From Pseudonocardiaceae bacterium (GTDB lineage Bacteria; Actinomycetota; Actinomycetes; Mycobacteriales; Pseudonocardiaceae), in NCBI GenBank assembly GCA_050700055.1, contig JBOHGE010000020.1:11770-75769 (forward strand): a stretch of 64,000 nucleotides of DNA, read 5' to 3'. The notes beneath the pieces are model-generated. The model was not told the origin of the DNA and did not search any database. It saw only the letters and a list, made by a program, of their open reading frames with translations. A program made the translations under genes and the position numbers. Each line of letters begins with the position of its first letter. Position 1 is the first letter of the stretch. Below, in pieces: positions 24,925-34,507 of the stretch.

Positions 24925-25836
24925 TTAGAAGGTGAACGCCACGGTGTTCGACGTTGACGGCTGGAAAGCTGCCGGGTTGGTGGGGGTGAACACCGCAGTC
25001 AACGAGTGCGGTCCCACCGGAAGGGCCACCAGACCACCGAAGGCGAAACCACCGGCGACCGGCACCGGAGCGCCGAGGTTGGTAGCCCCGTCCTTGAACT
25101 GGACGGTTCCGACCGCATTAGTCGGTGCCACGTTCGCGAAGGGGATCGCAAAGCCCCCCAACCCGAACGGGAGGGGAATCTGGGTCACCGACAGCGTGGT
25201 CGTCGTGGCCACCGCCCCAGGTGCCGGCGTCGGGGTCGGCGTCGGGGTCGGCGTCGGGGTCGGAGTCGAGGTCGGAGTCGGGGTCGGAGTCGAGGTTGGG
25301 GTCGGAGTCGGAGTCGAGGTCGGAGTCGGCGTCGGCGTCGGGGTCGGACCGTTGGGGTCGGTAGTGGTGTAGGGCGCATCGGTGCCGGTGCCGGTGAAGT
25401 ACATCGCAGTCGAGAAGATGCGGGGCACCTGCTCATCGAAGTTGGTGCAGGAGAGGAATATGTCATACTCTCCGGCCACGACCGGTTTGCTTTCATCCCG
25501 GCTGAACTGCGCTATGCTCCGGCCGAACTCGGTTGCGAACGCATCGGTGGTGGAGAAGTTGGCGGCCCCGTTACCCGTGAGGAGCCCGTCGAAGTCACCC
25601 GGCCCGTCCACGGTCACGAAATAACTGTCCGTACCCTCTGGGCAGGGACCCGGGGTCAGCAGTCTGGCATTGGTCTCAGCCGTTCCAGTTGCCGGCGTCA
25701 GTGTCAAGGGGCCGTCCTTCGGCGGCGGAGCCGCGTTGGCCGCCAGATTGCTGAACACCACCGCTGCGCCACTTACGGCCAGAACGGCCACACCTGCCGT
25801 GAGTCGGTTGAAGAGTAGACTAGTATGCACGATCAA
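24925..25836 (-). CDS. secreted protein with a PT linker and a C-terminal Ig-like domain
   Basis: Signal peptide LTAGVAVLAVSGAAVVFSNLAANA, a (PTPT/STPT) linker, and a beta-rich C-terminus (GTVQFKDGATNLG...HSLTAVFTP). No LPXTG/LAXTG motif seen. Confidence 0.7.
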   Translation of the reverse strand: MIVHTSLLFNRLTAGVAVLAVSGAAVVFSNLAANAAPPPKDGPLTLTPATGTAETNARLLTPGPCPEGTDSYFVTVDGPGDFDGLLTGNGAANFSTTDAFATEFGRSIAQFSRDESKPVVAGEYDIFLSCTNFDEQVPRIFSTAMYFTGTGTDAPYTTTDPNGPTPTPTPTPTSTPTPTPTSTPTPTPTSTPTPTPTPTPTPTPAPGAVATTTTLSVTQIPLPFGLGGFAIPFANVAPTNAVGTVQFKDGATNLGAPVPVAGGFAFGGLVALPVGPHSLTAVFTPTNPAAFQPSTSNTVAFTF

Positions 25837-25869
25837 ACTCTCACTTTCACTTTCAAGGAAGGATGCTGA

Positions 25870-26877
25870 TCAGGGAGTTTGGATGGCAGTCGAGCCGCAA
25901 TCGGAAATCGGCGTCATTCCGTATGCCTCGAGGACCTCAGGATGCGAGCAGATCGCTGAGCCCGCTCCGACGAACGTCGTGTTGTACGGCGCGACACCGA
26001 TATCGGCGTTGCGCAGGACGTTGTAGAGCTTGCGCGCGCCCGGGAAGTCGCTCAAGTCGAAAGGCGACTCACCGTTTATCGCTCGGAGCACGCTGTTGCC
26101 GTGCCGATCGAGCACCGATGGCTGCGTAGTCTGAACGATCCACTGCGCGACCGAGTAGGGCACGAGCTGATTCGGATTTGTCAGCACGCGGCCGTCATTC
26201 TCCTCGACCGACCCCGCAGGAACAGTCGCCTTGACACAATCCCCCAGGGTGGCCTCAGTGAGCCCCAGAAGTGTCAACCAGGCCGACCGAGTGCCCGAGC
26301 CGGCTTGCGGAATGAGCGGCTGCCGGGTGCCGCAGCCGCCGGCATCCGTCGTTTTCTTGGCGTAGATAGATGTCAACTGCGCGAGTGTCAGGTTCCTGGG
26401 GATACTGCTCACACTGGCAGTCGCGTAGGTGAGCCCGTCCAAAGCGAATGGGATGAAGGTCAGGTTCTGTCCGGTACGTGACGCAGCACTGTTCGCCGAT
26501 GATCGTGCGAACTCCGCACAGTCGGCGGGGAACCCGGGTTTGAGTCCTGCCAGTGCGTTGACGCCGTCGGTCGAGCCGTTGGGTCGAGGGATATTCGTGC
26601 ACTCTGGTGTGTTCTTGGTGGTGATTGTCGCGGTACCAGTAGCGTCGTAGGACGCCACGATCTTGGTACCGCCAACAATGACACCGGCGTACGGCGGCAC
26701 GCTGAAGGTCACGCCGTTGGCGTACCCGTTCATGACATCTTCGGTGGTGTTCGAGCCGACACCGGGCAGTTGCCGAGGCCCCGTGGGACTGGTGGGATCG
26801 GCAATGGCCGATCCCACGGTGAGTGAGAGAGTCGCCAGGCAGGCGCCGGCAACCAGGAGCAAGCTCCTCTTTCGCAT
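25870..26877 (-). CDS. secreted PBP-superfamily (PstS-like) substrate-binding protein
   Basis: Signal peptide MRKRSLLLVAGACLATLSL. The PQAGSGTRSAW motif resembles the PstS-family SGT loop. Confidence 0.65.
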   Translation of the reverse strand: MRKRSLLLVAGACLATLSLTVGSAIADPTSPTGPRQLPGVGSNTTEDVMNGYANGVTFSVPPYAGVIVGGTKIVASYDATGTATITTKNTPECTNIPRPNGSTDGVNALAGLKPGFPADCAEFARSSANSAASRTGQNLTFIPFALDGLTYATASVSSIPRNLTLAQLTSIYAKKTTDAGGCGTRQPLIPQAGSGTRSAWLTLLGLTEATLGDCVKATVPAGSVEENDGRVLTNPNQLVPYSVAQWIVQTTQPSVLDRHGNSVLRAINGESPFDLSDFPGARKLYNVLRNADIGVAPYNTTFVGAGSAICSHPEVLEAYGMTPISDCGSTAIQTP

Positions 26878-27028
26878 GTGCTGCTATCCTTTGCAACGCA
26901 GGAGTGCGCGGACTGTTGTCCGGGCACGCGTCAGTGCCGTGCGAGCAGTGGCAGACACACCACGCGGTCACTGAGATCTTGCTTGCAGAGAGTTGGCCGA
27001 GCCGGTGGCCGGGAACGGAGACTCCCGG

Positions 27029-29506
27029 TCATCGCTCGGTCGGCGTCACCCCCTTTCGCGCGCGACGTCGTACCGCGGCGCCGACCAGGTGCATGACCGG
27101 CGAGGACGTCGCCGCCAGGGCACCGCAGATCAGGATCGCCACCAGTAAGCCGCCCACCGCAGGGGCGGGCAGTGATGGGGTACGCCGCAGCGCGGCGACC
27201 GGCTGCGGGGTCACGCTCGGCGACTTGGCGGCCGAACCACCAGCGCCCTGGCCGCTGGCGCCCGGAGTCGGCGTGGGAGTTCCCGTGCGCGCGCCCGTTG
27301 TGGTCCCGCCAGCGTCCGATGTCCTTTTTGAGCCACCGGGCGGTGCGCCTGAGCTGGTCGGTTTCGGTGCCGGCGTCGGCGTCGGCGTGCCCCCGGCGGT
27401 CTTGCCCGCCTGCGCCTCGATGGTCGCGGCCGCAGCTGTGGTCTGTGCCTTGAGCGTGTCGGGAAGCGGCGCCATGCCGAACGGGAGCTGGCCGGGTCCA
27501 ACACCCGGCTGCTGGCCCGGGCCGGCCACGAAACGCAGCAACGCGGCATATTCCTTACCGGCCGCCGCGTCCAGGGCGGCCGGTGCGGTGACCGCATAGC
27601 TCAGCGCAGTCAGCGGGTAAGCCGCCGGGTCAGCAGCGCTGGGATCAGGCGTCAGCACACCCGGCACCGCGCTGGGCTTCATGGCCGCCGCCCCGGCCAG
27701 CAGGCTTGCGGTGCTGGGAGCGACGAACTGACCGGCTGAATTGCGCAGCTCCGCGGTCGGCAAGCCGTACCGTTGGGCCGTCGCCGCGTCCACCACCGCG
27801 AGCAGCGCCCGCTGGGCGGGCAACTGCCGGTCAACCTTCTTCAGGACCCCCAACCCATCGGGAAGCCGACCTTGGCTGTCACCGCGGCTGGCTGACCGCC
27901 CCGCGTCGTGCATGTCGTTGGTGAACGGGTGAATATCGAGTGTGCACGTTCTCCCTGTGACGCCGGTGCCGACGGCGACATCAGCGCAGCTCTGGTCGTT
28001 GCGGGGGAAGCCCGATGCCGGCAGCGTGAGCCCCTTGTTGTTGACGTTGACCACCATTCCGTGCGCATCGGGGGTGCCGGCGATGAACTCACTCGCGTCC
28101 CGGTCGGCCTTCACCCAGCTCCACAGCAACGACGTGAGGTCCGAGCCGCCGAGCTCCACCAGCGCGTCCGGCGGTGTCGTGAAGAACGCGAAGTCCCGGT
28201 ACTCCGGGTTTAGGTCCAGGAACTCGGGATCGCCGGTCAGACCCAAGGGGTTGTCCTTCAGGTATTCCGGCGTGACGCTCGGGTAGCCGGCCACGGCTTG
28301 CCGGTAGGACTGGGTGAGCAGCTTGGCCACCAACCGTGGGGTCAGCTTCATGGACGTGAACCGCTGCCCGTCGAGCTGCCGTTTGTCTGCAGGCGCAACC
28401 GGCGAGGGCTGGTGTTCGATGTTGAAGGCGATGGCCAGCCCGGACAACCCGACCGGCGCGTAGACCAGCGGGCGCTGCGGCGGCGCCTGGTCAGGTGGGA
28501 TCGGATTGGTCATCAGCGCCAAGCCAGGCGAGCTGCCGTCCAGCACCTGGTTGCGGGTCACGCCGTCGGGCAGTTGGGTGTAGCTGTACAGCGCACCACC
28601 ACCCGCGCACAGCGCCGGCTGCCAGCGGCTGACTGCCTCGACCGCGAGCTCGTGGCCGACCACCCGGCGCTCCGACGCTCCGAGCGGGCAGGCCTGACCC
28701 ACCGGCAGGAACTCCAGCGGGAAAAAGATGCGATCGTCCCAGTTGGACTGGCTCAGCGCCGAGGATTCCAGAAAGCCGCCGGCGCCGGGAGTACCGGCTT
28801 TGGGCGAGCCATCCACCTCTGTGCTGCCCCGCGGCACGACCACCAACCAGCACGTACGCCCGGTGGCCCGGCCGGTGGTGACCGGGGCACCACAACCGAG
28901 ACCGGCCGCCTGCAGCACAGTCTGGATCTCGAAATACTCCAGGCCGGTGCCGTCGCCGCGGGTGCGGGCCAGCGGGACCTCGTTGGTGATCTGGGAGTTG
29001 AAGAAGTCGTTGCGGCCGGACGTGACCGCGCTGGTCGGCTTGTCCCCACCGACCGGCCAGAACGGCACGAAGGCGTTACTGCCGGCCGGCAGCTGCAGCG
29101 TCTCCTGCGGGTCGACGAAAGGGTAGGTGAGCTGCCGGGACCGCGTCCAAGCGCCGGTTTGGAGATTGGGGGCGACCCCGCCACCGAACTGGCACTGGGT
29201 GCGGTCCGGGCCATCCGGCCCATCGCCCCAGCACTGCATGATCTGCAGGAAGTTGGTCGAGAACCCGCCGAGCGGCAGCGTGGGGAGGCCACCGGTCCAG
29301 GAGACGGTGACCGTCTGGTTGATCAGGTTCTTGGTCTGGCTGACGGTCACCTTCAGGCCGGCGAACTCGCCGCGGCCGGACACCGTGACCGCCGAGTCGG
29401 TCAGCGCTGCGTCTTCGGGAGCAGCCGACGCCGGCGGAGCGCCGATCAGCATACCGATCACGGACGCACCCAGCAGCAGCATGAGTAGCGCGCGGAGCCC
29501 GCTCAT
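27029..29506 (-). CDS. large secreted, C-terminally membrane-anchored protein with a PstS-like C-terminal module
   Basis: Has a signal peptide. The PBP-like end reads AAYPLTALSYAVT...EYAALLRFVAG...LPFGMAPLPDTL. A PT-rich spacer is followed by a TM segment plus RRRARK. The ATG overlaps the upstream stop (ATGA). Confidence 0.75.
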   Translation of the reverse strand: MSGLRALLMLLLGASVIGMLIGAPPASAAPEDAALTDSAVTVSGRGEFAGLKVTVSQTKNLINQTVTVSWTGGLPTLPLGGFSTNFLQIMQCWGDGPDGPDRTQCQFGGGVAPNLQTGAWTRSRQLTYPFVDPQETLQLPAGSNAFVPFWPVGGDKPTSAVTSGRNDFFNSQITNEVPLARTRGDGTGLEYFEIQTVLQAAGLGCGAPVTTGRATGRTCWLVVVPRGSTEVDGSPKAGTPGAGGFLESSALSQSNWDDRIFFPLEFLPVGQACPLGASERRVVGHELAVEAVSRWQPALCAGGGALYSYTQLPDGVTRNQVLDGSSPGLALMTNPIPPDQAPPQRPLVYAPVGLSGLAIAFNIEHQPSPVAPADKRQLDGQRFTSMKLTPRLVAKLLTQSYRQAVAGYPSVTPEYLKDNPLGLTGDPEFLDLNPEYRDFAFFTTPPDALVELGGSDLTSLLWSWVKADRDASEFIAGTPDAHGMVVNVNNKGLTLPASGFPRNDQSCADVAVGTGVTGRTCTLDIHPFTNDMHDAGRSASRGDSQGRLPDGLGVLKKVDRQLPAQRALLAVVDAATAQRYGLPTAELRNSAGQFVAPSTASLLAGAAAMKPSAVPGVLTPDPSAADPAAYPLTALSYAVTAPAALDAAAGKEYAALLRFVAGPGQQPGVGPGQLPFGMAPLPDTLKAQTTAAAATIEAQAGKTAGGTPTPTPAPKPTSSGAPPGGSKRTSDAGGTTTGARTGTPTPTPGASGQGAGGSAAKSPSVTPQPVAALRRTPSLPAPAVGGLLVAILICGALAATSSPVMHLVGAAVRRRARKGVTPTER

Positions 29507-31191
29507 GACCGCGGCCCCGCTCGGCTGCGCATCGTCTGCGCGACCAGGGGCGGACCGAGCACCAACCCCAGCAGCAAGACGATGGCGAGCATCGCCAGCA
29601 GCGTCTGCCGCCGGTTGTCGGCGGCGTCGACGGCCACCGATACGGCGGCGACAGTGGAGTCGCCAGAACCACTCGCCGCAGCGCCGCCACCGCTCACCTG
29701 CCCGGTGTCCGGGTCGATCTGGGTGGTGGCCTGGCCCCCACCCTGGCCTGTCCCATTACCGGTGGCTCCACCACCGGTAGCTCCACCACCGGTAGCTCCA
29801 CCGCCGGAGCCCCCACCGCCAGATCCACCACCACCGGCGCCCCCACCACCGCCACCCCCAGATCCCCCACCACCACCACCGGATCCGCCACCCCCACCGG
29901 CGCCACACTGAGCCGACGCTCCTTTGCGATCACACGGGTCGGGCTGTGGCGCCGTCTCGGCCAGCAGGTTCTTGCCGTCCGGGGAGAACGTCGGGTTGTT
30001 GCACTTGGTCAGGTCATTGCGGTTGAGCTTGTTGGTCGTACCCGGGATCTGACCCACCTGGTCGACGGCGGCCTGCACCAGGTTGACCGGCAATGGCGAG
30101 TAACCCAACGCGTCAGCTTGCCGCTGGCCCTCGCAGAGGAAGTAGTACGCGAATTCCGAGAGTGTGCGGCCCTTCTGGTCGGTGAAGTTCTGGTTGTTGT
30201 TCTTGGGAATGATCATGTAGCTGTAACTGGACAGCGGGTAGGCCCGCGGATCGTCGTCGACATAAACCCCGCTGAGGTCCTGGGTGAGGTCGGGATTGAG
30301 CCGCGCCTTGAGCAATGCCACCGCGACGTTGCCCGCCTTGGGCTCGACGTAGTAGTCCGCCTTGTTGAGCACCTTCACCACCGGAAAACTCGCGTTGCGC
30401 GCGTAGGAGTACTCGACGTAGGTGATCGCTCCTTCGCTGGTGTCCTGCGCGACGTAGCCGGCCACGCCTTGCGAGCCCGGCTTGGCCTCCATGCCATTGG
30501 TGAGCGGGTAGAAGGAGGTGAACCCGCAGGGCTGCACCTTCCGGCCGGCCCGGTCGCAGTAGGCATCCCACGGCGCGGCGTACTGGCCGGCCATCCAGCG
30601 AGTGAACTGGGCGGTGGTGCCCGAGCCGTCGGAGCGGACCACCGGCACGATCTTGCGGGCCGGCAGGCCGAGGCTGGGGTTGTCGGCTTTGATGGCCGGG
30701 TCGTCCCAGCTGGTGATCTGCTGGGTGAAGATCTTGCTGATCACCTCGCCGGACAGCCGCAGGTTCGTCACCCGCTTGTTCGCGATCTTGAGGTTGTACA
30801 TGAACGCGGTGCCACCGGCGACGATCGGCAGGTAGCCGAAGTTGCGGTTGGTCGGCGGTTGGTCGACGACCCCGCCGTCGGTCAGGCCGTACTCGATCTC
30901 CGAGACCGCGAAGTCGACGGTGCCCGCCCGGAACTGGTTACGGCCGTCGGAGGAACCGGTCGCGGCGAACTGGACCGAGATGCCATACAGGCCGTCGACG
31001 TTGCGCCGCCACTGGTCCAGCGCGTTGAAGCTCCACGTCGAGCCGGCGCCACTGACCGGGACGAAACCCTGCGCAGCGCCGGCACTCGACGCGAACAGCA
31101 ACTGTGGTCCCGCCATGGTGGCCAACACCGCCAGTAGCGCCAGCAGGCGCCGGCGGCGCGGAGTACTGCCGTCAACTGTCATGGTCATCAC
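29503..31191 (-). CDS. pstS: phosphate-binding protein PstS with a Gly-rich spacer and a C-terminal TM anchor
   Basis: RRRRLLALLAVLA signal, then SGAGSTW, ATGSSDG, VVRSDGSGTT and AYPLSSYSYMI (PstS motifs). These are followed by a poly-Gly/Ser tract (~29745-29905) and the TM segment LLAMLAIVLLLGLVLGPPL. Confidence 0.8.
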   Translation of the reverse strand: MMTMTVDGSTPRRRRLLALLAVLATMAGPQLLFASSAGAAQGFVPVSGAGSTWSFNALDQWRRNVDGLYGISVQFAATGSSDGRNQFRAGTVDFAVSEIEYGLTDGGVVDQPPTNRNFGYLPIVAGGTAFMYNLKIANKRVTNLRLSGEVISKIFTQQITSWDDPAIKADNPSLGLPARKIVPVVRSDGSGTTAQFTRWMAGQYAAPWDAYCDRAGRKVQPCGFTSFYPLTNGMEAKPGSQGVAGYVAQDTSEGAITYVEYSYARNASFPVVKVLNKADYYVEPKAGNVAVALLKARLNPDLTQDLSGVYVDDDPRAYPLSSYSYMIIPKNNNQNFTDQKGRTLSEFAYYFLCEGQRQADALGYSPLPVNLVQAAVDQVGQIPGTTNKLNRNDLTKCNNPTFSPDGKNLLAETAPQPDPCDRKGASAQCGAGGGGGSGGGGGGSGGGGGGGAGGGGSGGGGSGGGATGGGATGGGATGNGTGQGGGQATTQIDPDTGQVSGGGAAASGSGDSTVAAVSVAVDAADNRRQTLLAMLAIVLLLGLVLGPPLVAQTMRSRAGPRS

Positions 31192-32407
31192 CTGTCTGCA
31201 CGTCGACGTGGCTACGGGAGGTGAAGCGGGCGAGATCGCGCTGGGACTCGCGCGCGCGGTGGCGTTGTGCCCGGGCGGACAACTCGCCGGCCTGGCGCCC
31301 CCCGAGCACCCGAGCCAGCGCGAAGAGCACCAGGACGATCATCATCAGGGTGACGGCGGCACCGAAGCCCCGGGCGAGCATGGTGAGCTCTGGCGACTTG
31401 GAGAAGTCGAAGGTGACCAGCGGCAACGAGACCATCGGGTTCTTGGTCGGGTCGAGGTTGAAGCCGGCCCCGAAACCCGCGGTGATCAGCACCGGCGACG
31501 TCTCGCCGATTCCCCGCGCCGTGCCCAGCAACACGGCCGTGGTCAGGCCGGAGCGGGCGGTCGGCAAGACCACATGCCACACCGTCCGCCACTGCGGTGC
31601 GCCCATCGCCAGCGACGCCTCCCGCAGCGAGCCGGGCACCAGCCGGATCACCACGTCAGCGGCCCGGATGATGATCGGCAGCATCATCACGCTGATCGCC
31701 AAGCCGGCGGCGAACCCGGACTTCGGCACTCCGAGCGCGAGGATCAGCGACGCGAAGATGAACAGCCCGGCCACAATGGACGGCAGCGCCGTCATCGCCT
31801 CGACCACGGTGCGCACGAACCGGGGTAACGCTTCCCTGGCCTCGCTGAGGTACACCGCGCAGGCCAACCCCAGCGGCACGGTGACCAGCAACGCGATCGC
31901 GATCTCGAGGAGCGTGCCGACCGCGGCATGCAGGATGCCGCCGACCGTGAGCGGGTCCAGCGGGCCGGCCTTTCGCATGTCGGTGGTGAAGAAGTTCAGG
32001 TGAACCAGCGCCTCGCGGCCACGCCAGAACGTGAAGCCCACCACGACCAGCAGCGCGAACAGCGCGAACACAGCCAGGCTGTGCACGGCGACGGAGGCGA
32101 GCCGATCCCGAACCGTGCGACCGTCGTGCTCGAGTGACACCAGCACCCCGTACAGCACGAGGAACAACAGGTAGGCGAGCCCCGCGAAGATGCCCACGTT
32201 GGCCGTCACGTGCAGTTTCTGGTGGGTTTCCGGGGGTATCACCCGGGCGCTCACCAGGGCTGCCAGGCTCACCGCGGCCACCCCCGCGCCGATGAGCAGG
32301 ATGACATCGGCGCGACTACGGGTCGACGTCGAGCGGCGGACCTCCACAGCCGGCGAGGTGACCGTGGCGTCTCGGTCCGCGGTGCGCGGGGGGATCGTCG
32401 TGGTCAT
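31172..32407 (-). CDS. pstA: phosphate ABC transporter permease PstA (long N-terminal extension)
   Basis: LREASLAMGAPQWRTVWHVVLPTARSGLTTAVLLGTARGIGETSPVL is the PstA EAA-loop region. The ATG overlaps the pstC stop (ATGA). Confidence 0.85.
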   Translation of the reverse strand: MTTTIPPRTADRDATVTSPAVEVRRSTSTRSRADVILLIGAGVAAVSLAALVSARVIPPETHQKLHVTANVGIFAGLAYLLFLVLYGVLVSLEHDGRTVRDRLASVAVHSLAVFALFALLVVVGFTFWRGREALVHLNFFTTDMRKAGPLDPLTVGGILHAAVGTLLEIAIALLVTVPLGLACAVYLSEAREALPRFVRTVVEAMTALPSIVAGLFIFASLILALGVPKSGFAAGLAISVMMLPIIIRAADVVIRLVPGSLREASLAMGAPQWRTVWHVVLPTARSGLTTAVLLGTARGIGETSPVLITAGFGAGFNLDPTKNPMVSLPLVTFDFSKSPELTMLARGFGAAVTLMMIVLVLFALARVLGGRQAGELSARAQRHRARESQRDLARFTSRSHVDVQTGDDHDS

Positions 32408-33426
32408 CAGGCGTCACTCAGCTGCCCGGAGCGGGTCCGCACGATAATGGCTGACGCGCCGAAGTTGACCACCAGCGTCAGGGTGAACAGCGCCAGGCCG
32501 GCAGCGAACAAAGCCGAGAGCTCGAACGGGCCGGCTGCTCCGTACCGACCCGCGATCAGCGCCGCGATCGAGTTCGTGCCGCTGCGCAGGATCTCCGGCT
32601 GGATCTCGAAGACCGGAGTTATGATCATGAATACGGCGATCGTCTCGCCCATCGCCCGGCCCAGCCCGAGCATCGTGGCGCCGATCATCCCGCCGCGGGC
32701 GAACGGGAGCACGACGCTACGGATCATCCCCCACCGGGTGGCGCCCAGCGCATAAGCGCCCTCACGTTCACCGACCGGCGCCTGGGAGAAGGATTCCCGC
32801 ATCACCGAGCAGATGAACGGCATGATCATCAGCGCCACCACGATCCCGGCCAGGAACGCCGAGGACTTGTAGACCGTCAGATCCTCGAACGGGCTACCGG
32901 GCGAGTCCGCGTCGCGGATGCCCAGCAACGGGATCCAGCCGAGGGTCGACGAGACAAACCTGGCCAATGGGATGATCTGCTCCTGGAGCAGGATGGCGCC
33001 GCACAGCCCGTAGACCACGCTGGGCACCGCAGCCATGAAGTCGACCACGTTGATGGCCACCCGGCGCAGCCGCCCTGGGGCGTACTCGGAGATGTAGAGC
33101 GCCACCCCGGTGGCCAGCGGCACAGCGAGCGTGACAGCCACCGCGGCGATCAGCAGCGTGCCGGTGAGCACCGTCGCGATCCCGAAGTTGTGCGCGTCCG
33201 GTTCCCATGCCTGGGTGGTGAGGAACTTCGGGCCGGCGTCGGCGAGCGCGGGCCACGCCCGGTAGAGCAGGAACAGCCCGATCGTGCCCATGATGACGAG
33301 CACCGCCAGGCCGGCGCCCCGCAGCGAGAGCCGGAATACCCGGTCGGCACCACCGGAGACGGATATCACCCGCCGCACCGACTCCGGTGACACCGCGGAC
33401 TCAGGCGCTGCCGTGCTGGCGGTCAT
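32407..33426 (-). CDS. pstC: phosphate ABC transporter permease PstC
   Basis: GIATVLTGTLLIA...ALYISEYAP and EGAYALGATRWGMIRSVVLPFARGGMIGATMLGLGRAMGETIAV are PstC signatures. Confidence 0.85.
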   Translation of the reverse strand: MTASTAAPESAVSPESVRRVISVSGGADRVFRLSLRGAGLAVLVIMGTIGLFLLYRAWPALADAGPKFLTTQAWEPDAHNFGIATVLTGTLLIAAVAVTLAVPLATGVALYISEYAPGRLRRVAINVVDFMAAVPSVVYGLCGAILLQEQIIPLARFVSSTLGWIPLLGIRDADSPGSPFEDLTVYKSSAFLAGIVVALMIMPFICSVMRESFSQAPVGEREGAYALGATRWGMIRSVVLPFARGGMIGATMLGLGRAMGETIAVFMIITPVFEIQPEILRSGTNSIAALIAGRYGAAGPFELSALFAAGLALFTLTLVVNFGASAIIVRTRSGQLSDA

Positions 33427-33836
33427 CGATAAATCACCTGCACCGGGGCCGAGGGCGCCACCTCGGCGACCAGTTCCAGGAAGGAGTCACACGTCAGCCG
33501 GGCGCGCACGTGGCGTTGGTAAGTGCGGGTGGCGGTCGCCACGACTTCGCCGGCCACTCGCACTCGCCACACCCACTGGCCGTTGCCATTTCGGGACGTC
33601 TCTCCGACGGCGTCTGGCAGGCGCTTTTGCAGGATGCGGATTGTCTCCAAGCAGGACTCGACATCGGGTGCGATCCGCGTCGACCTCGCGAGGCTGCGGT
33701 TGTTGGCGGCCATGAATCGCCAGGCGAACCCGGTTGCCAGCCGGGCCGCCACACCGCCATTCGGATCCGGCCCGGACGACGCCGAAAGATGCACATAACG
33801 TGCAGCCGGCATCACCTGGAACCGAGCCACAGCCAT
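33423..33836 (-). CDS. tandem YegP/DUF1508-like small protein (tentative), first gene of the pst operon
   Basis: GGAGG lies 5 nt before ATG 33836. Two repeats, FAWRFMAANNRSLARSTRIAPDVESCLETI and WVWRVRVAGEVVATATRTYQRHVRARLTCDSFL, resemble YegP repeats. The stop overlaps the pstC start. Confidence 0.5.
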   Translation of the reverse strand: MAVARFQVMPAARYVHLSASSGPDPNGGVAARLATGFAWRFMAANNRSLARSTRIAPDVESCLETIRILQKRLPDAVGETSRNGNGQWVWRVRVAGEVVATATRTYQRHVRARLTCDSFLELVAEVAPSAPVQVIYR

Positions 33837-33954
33837 TACGCCTCCTGCACACGTCGATTTCACGGGGGCGACGCTGCCCCCCGGAGGTGAACGGGAGCGG
33901 TCCAGCAGCCGACGAAGGGATTGCAGCCAACCCCACAAGGGATAGACACCCAAA

Positions 33955-33976
33955 GTTATCAATTCGTTATCAAAAG
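33955..33976. promoter_or_regulatory. two 11-nt-phased direct repeats GTTATCAattc GTTATCAaaag (PHO-box-like)
   Basis: Located about 120-140 nt upstream of the first gene of the pst operon, in an AT-rich gap. The 11-nt periodicity is typical of OmpR/PhoP-family sites. Confidence 0.4.
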
Positions 33977-34507
33977 AACCACTCGATGCAAAATTGATCT
34001 CCCGGTTGGGAGTTTTTGATTACTCTGGGTGATCTCACTCCGCCAAGCTGCCTACTAGCGGGTTACTCGATCGAGTTCCAGGAACGAATCACTGAAGCGC
34101 GGTCCCCAGTCCGACCGCCGGTTTCGCGTTGTTCTCTTAGTAACCCCGAGTTCGTCTTCGCCGACACGGCACTGTGCGCTGGAAGTGGCTGCGGGTTGCC
34201 GGAGGCCCCTGCCAGCACCGTCCAGCAACTGCTCGCAGCGCCAGGGTTCAATGCCGCGAAAATAGAAGTATCTCCTGCTGGCAGAGCTGTGCGAGCACAC
34301 CAGGTAGCACAGCCGCCAGACTGATCAAGAGCAGCCATCCCCGGCGTTCCCCGCTGCCCCGACCCCCATGATCACCTTGCCGTACCACGGCCGACCCGTA
34401 GGCCACGACATGCCTACCATCACTGGACTGAGCATTAGGCCAGGGTTGAACTGCGCCGATTCGGGGTATCCGAGGCTCGCCCAGCGCACCCGTCGAATGG
34501 AGCCGTC

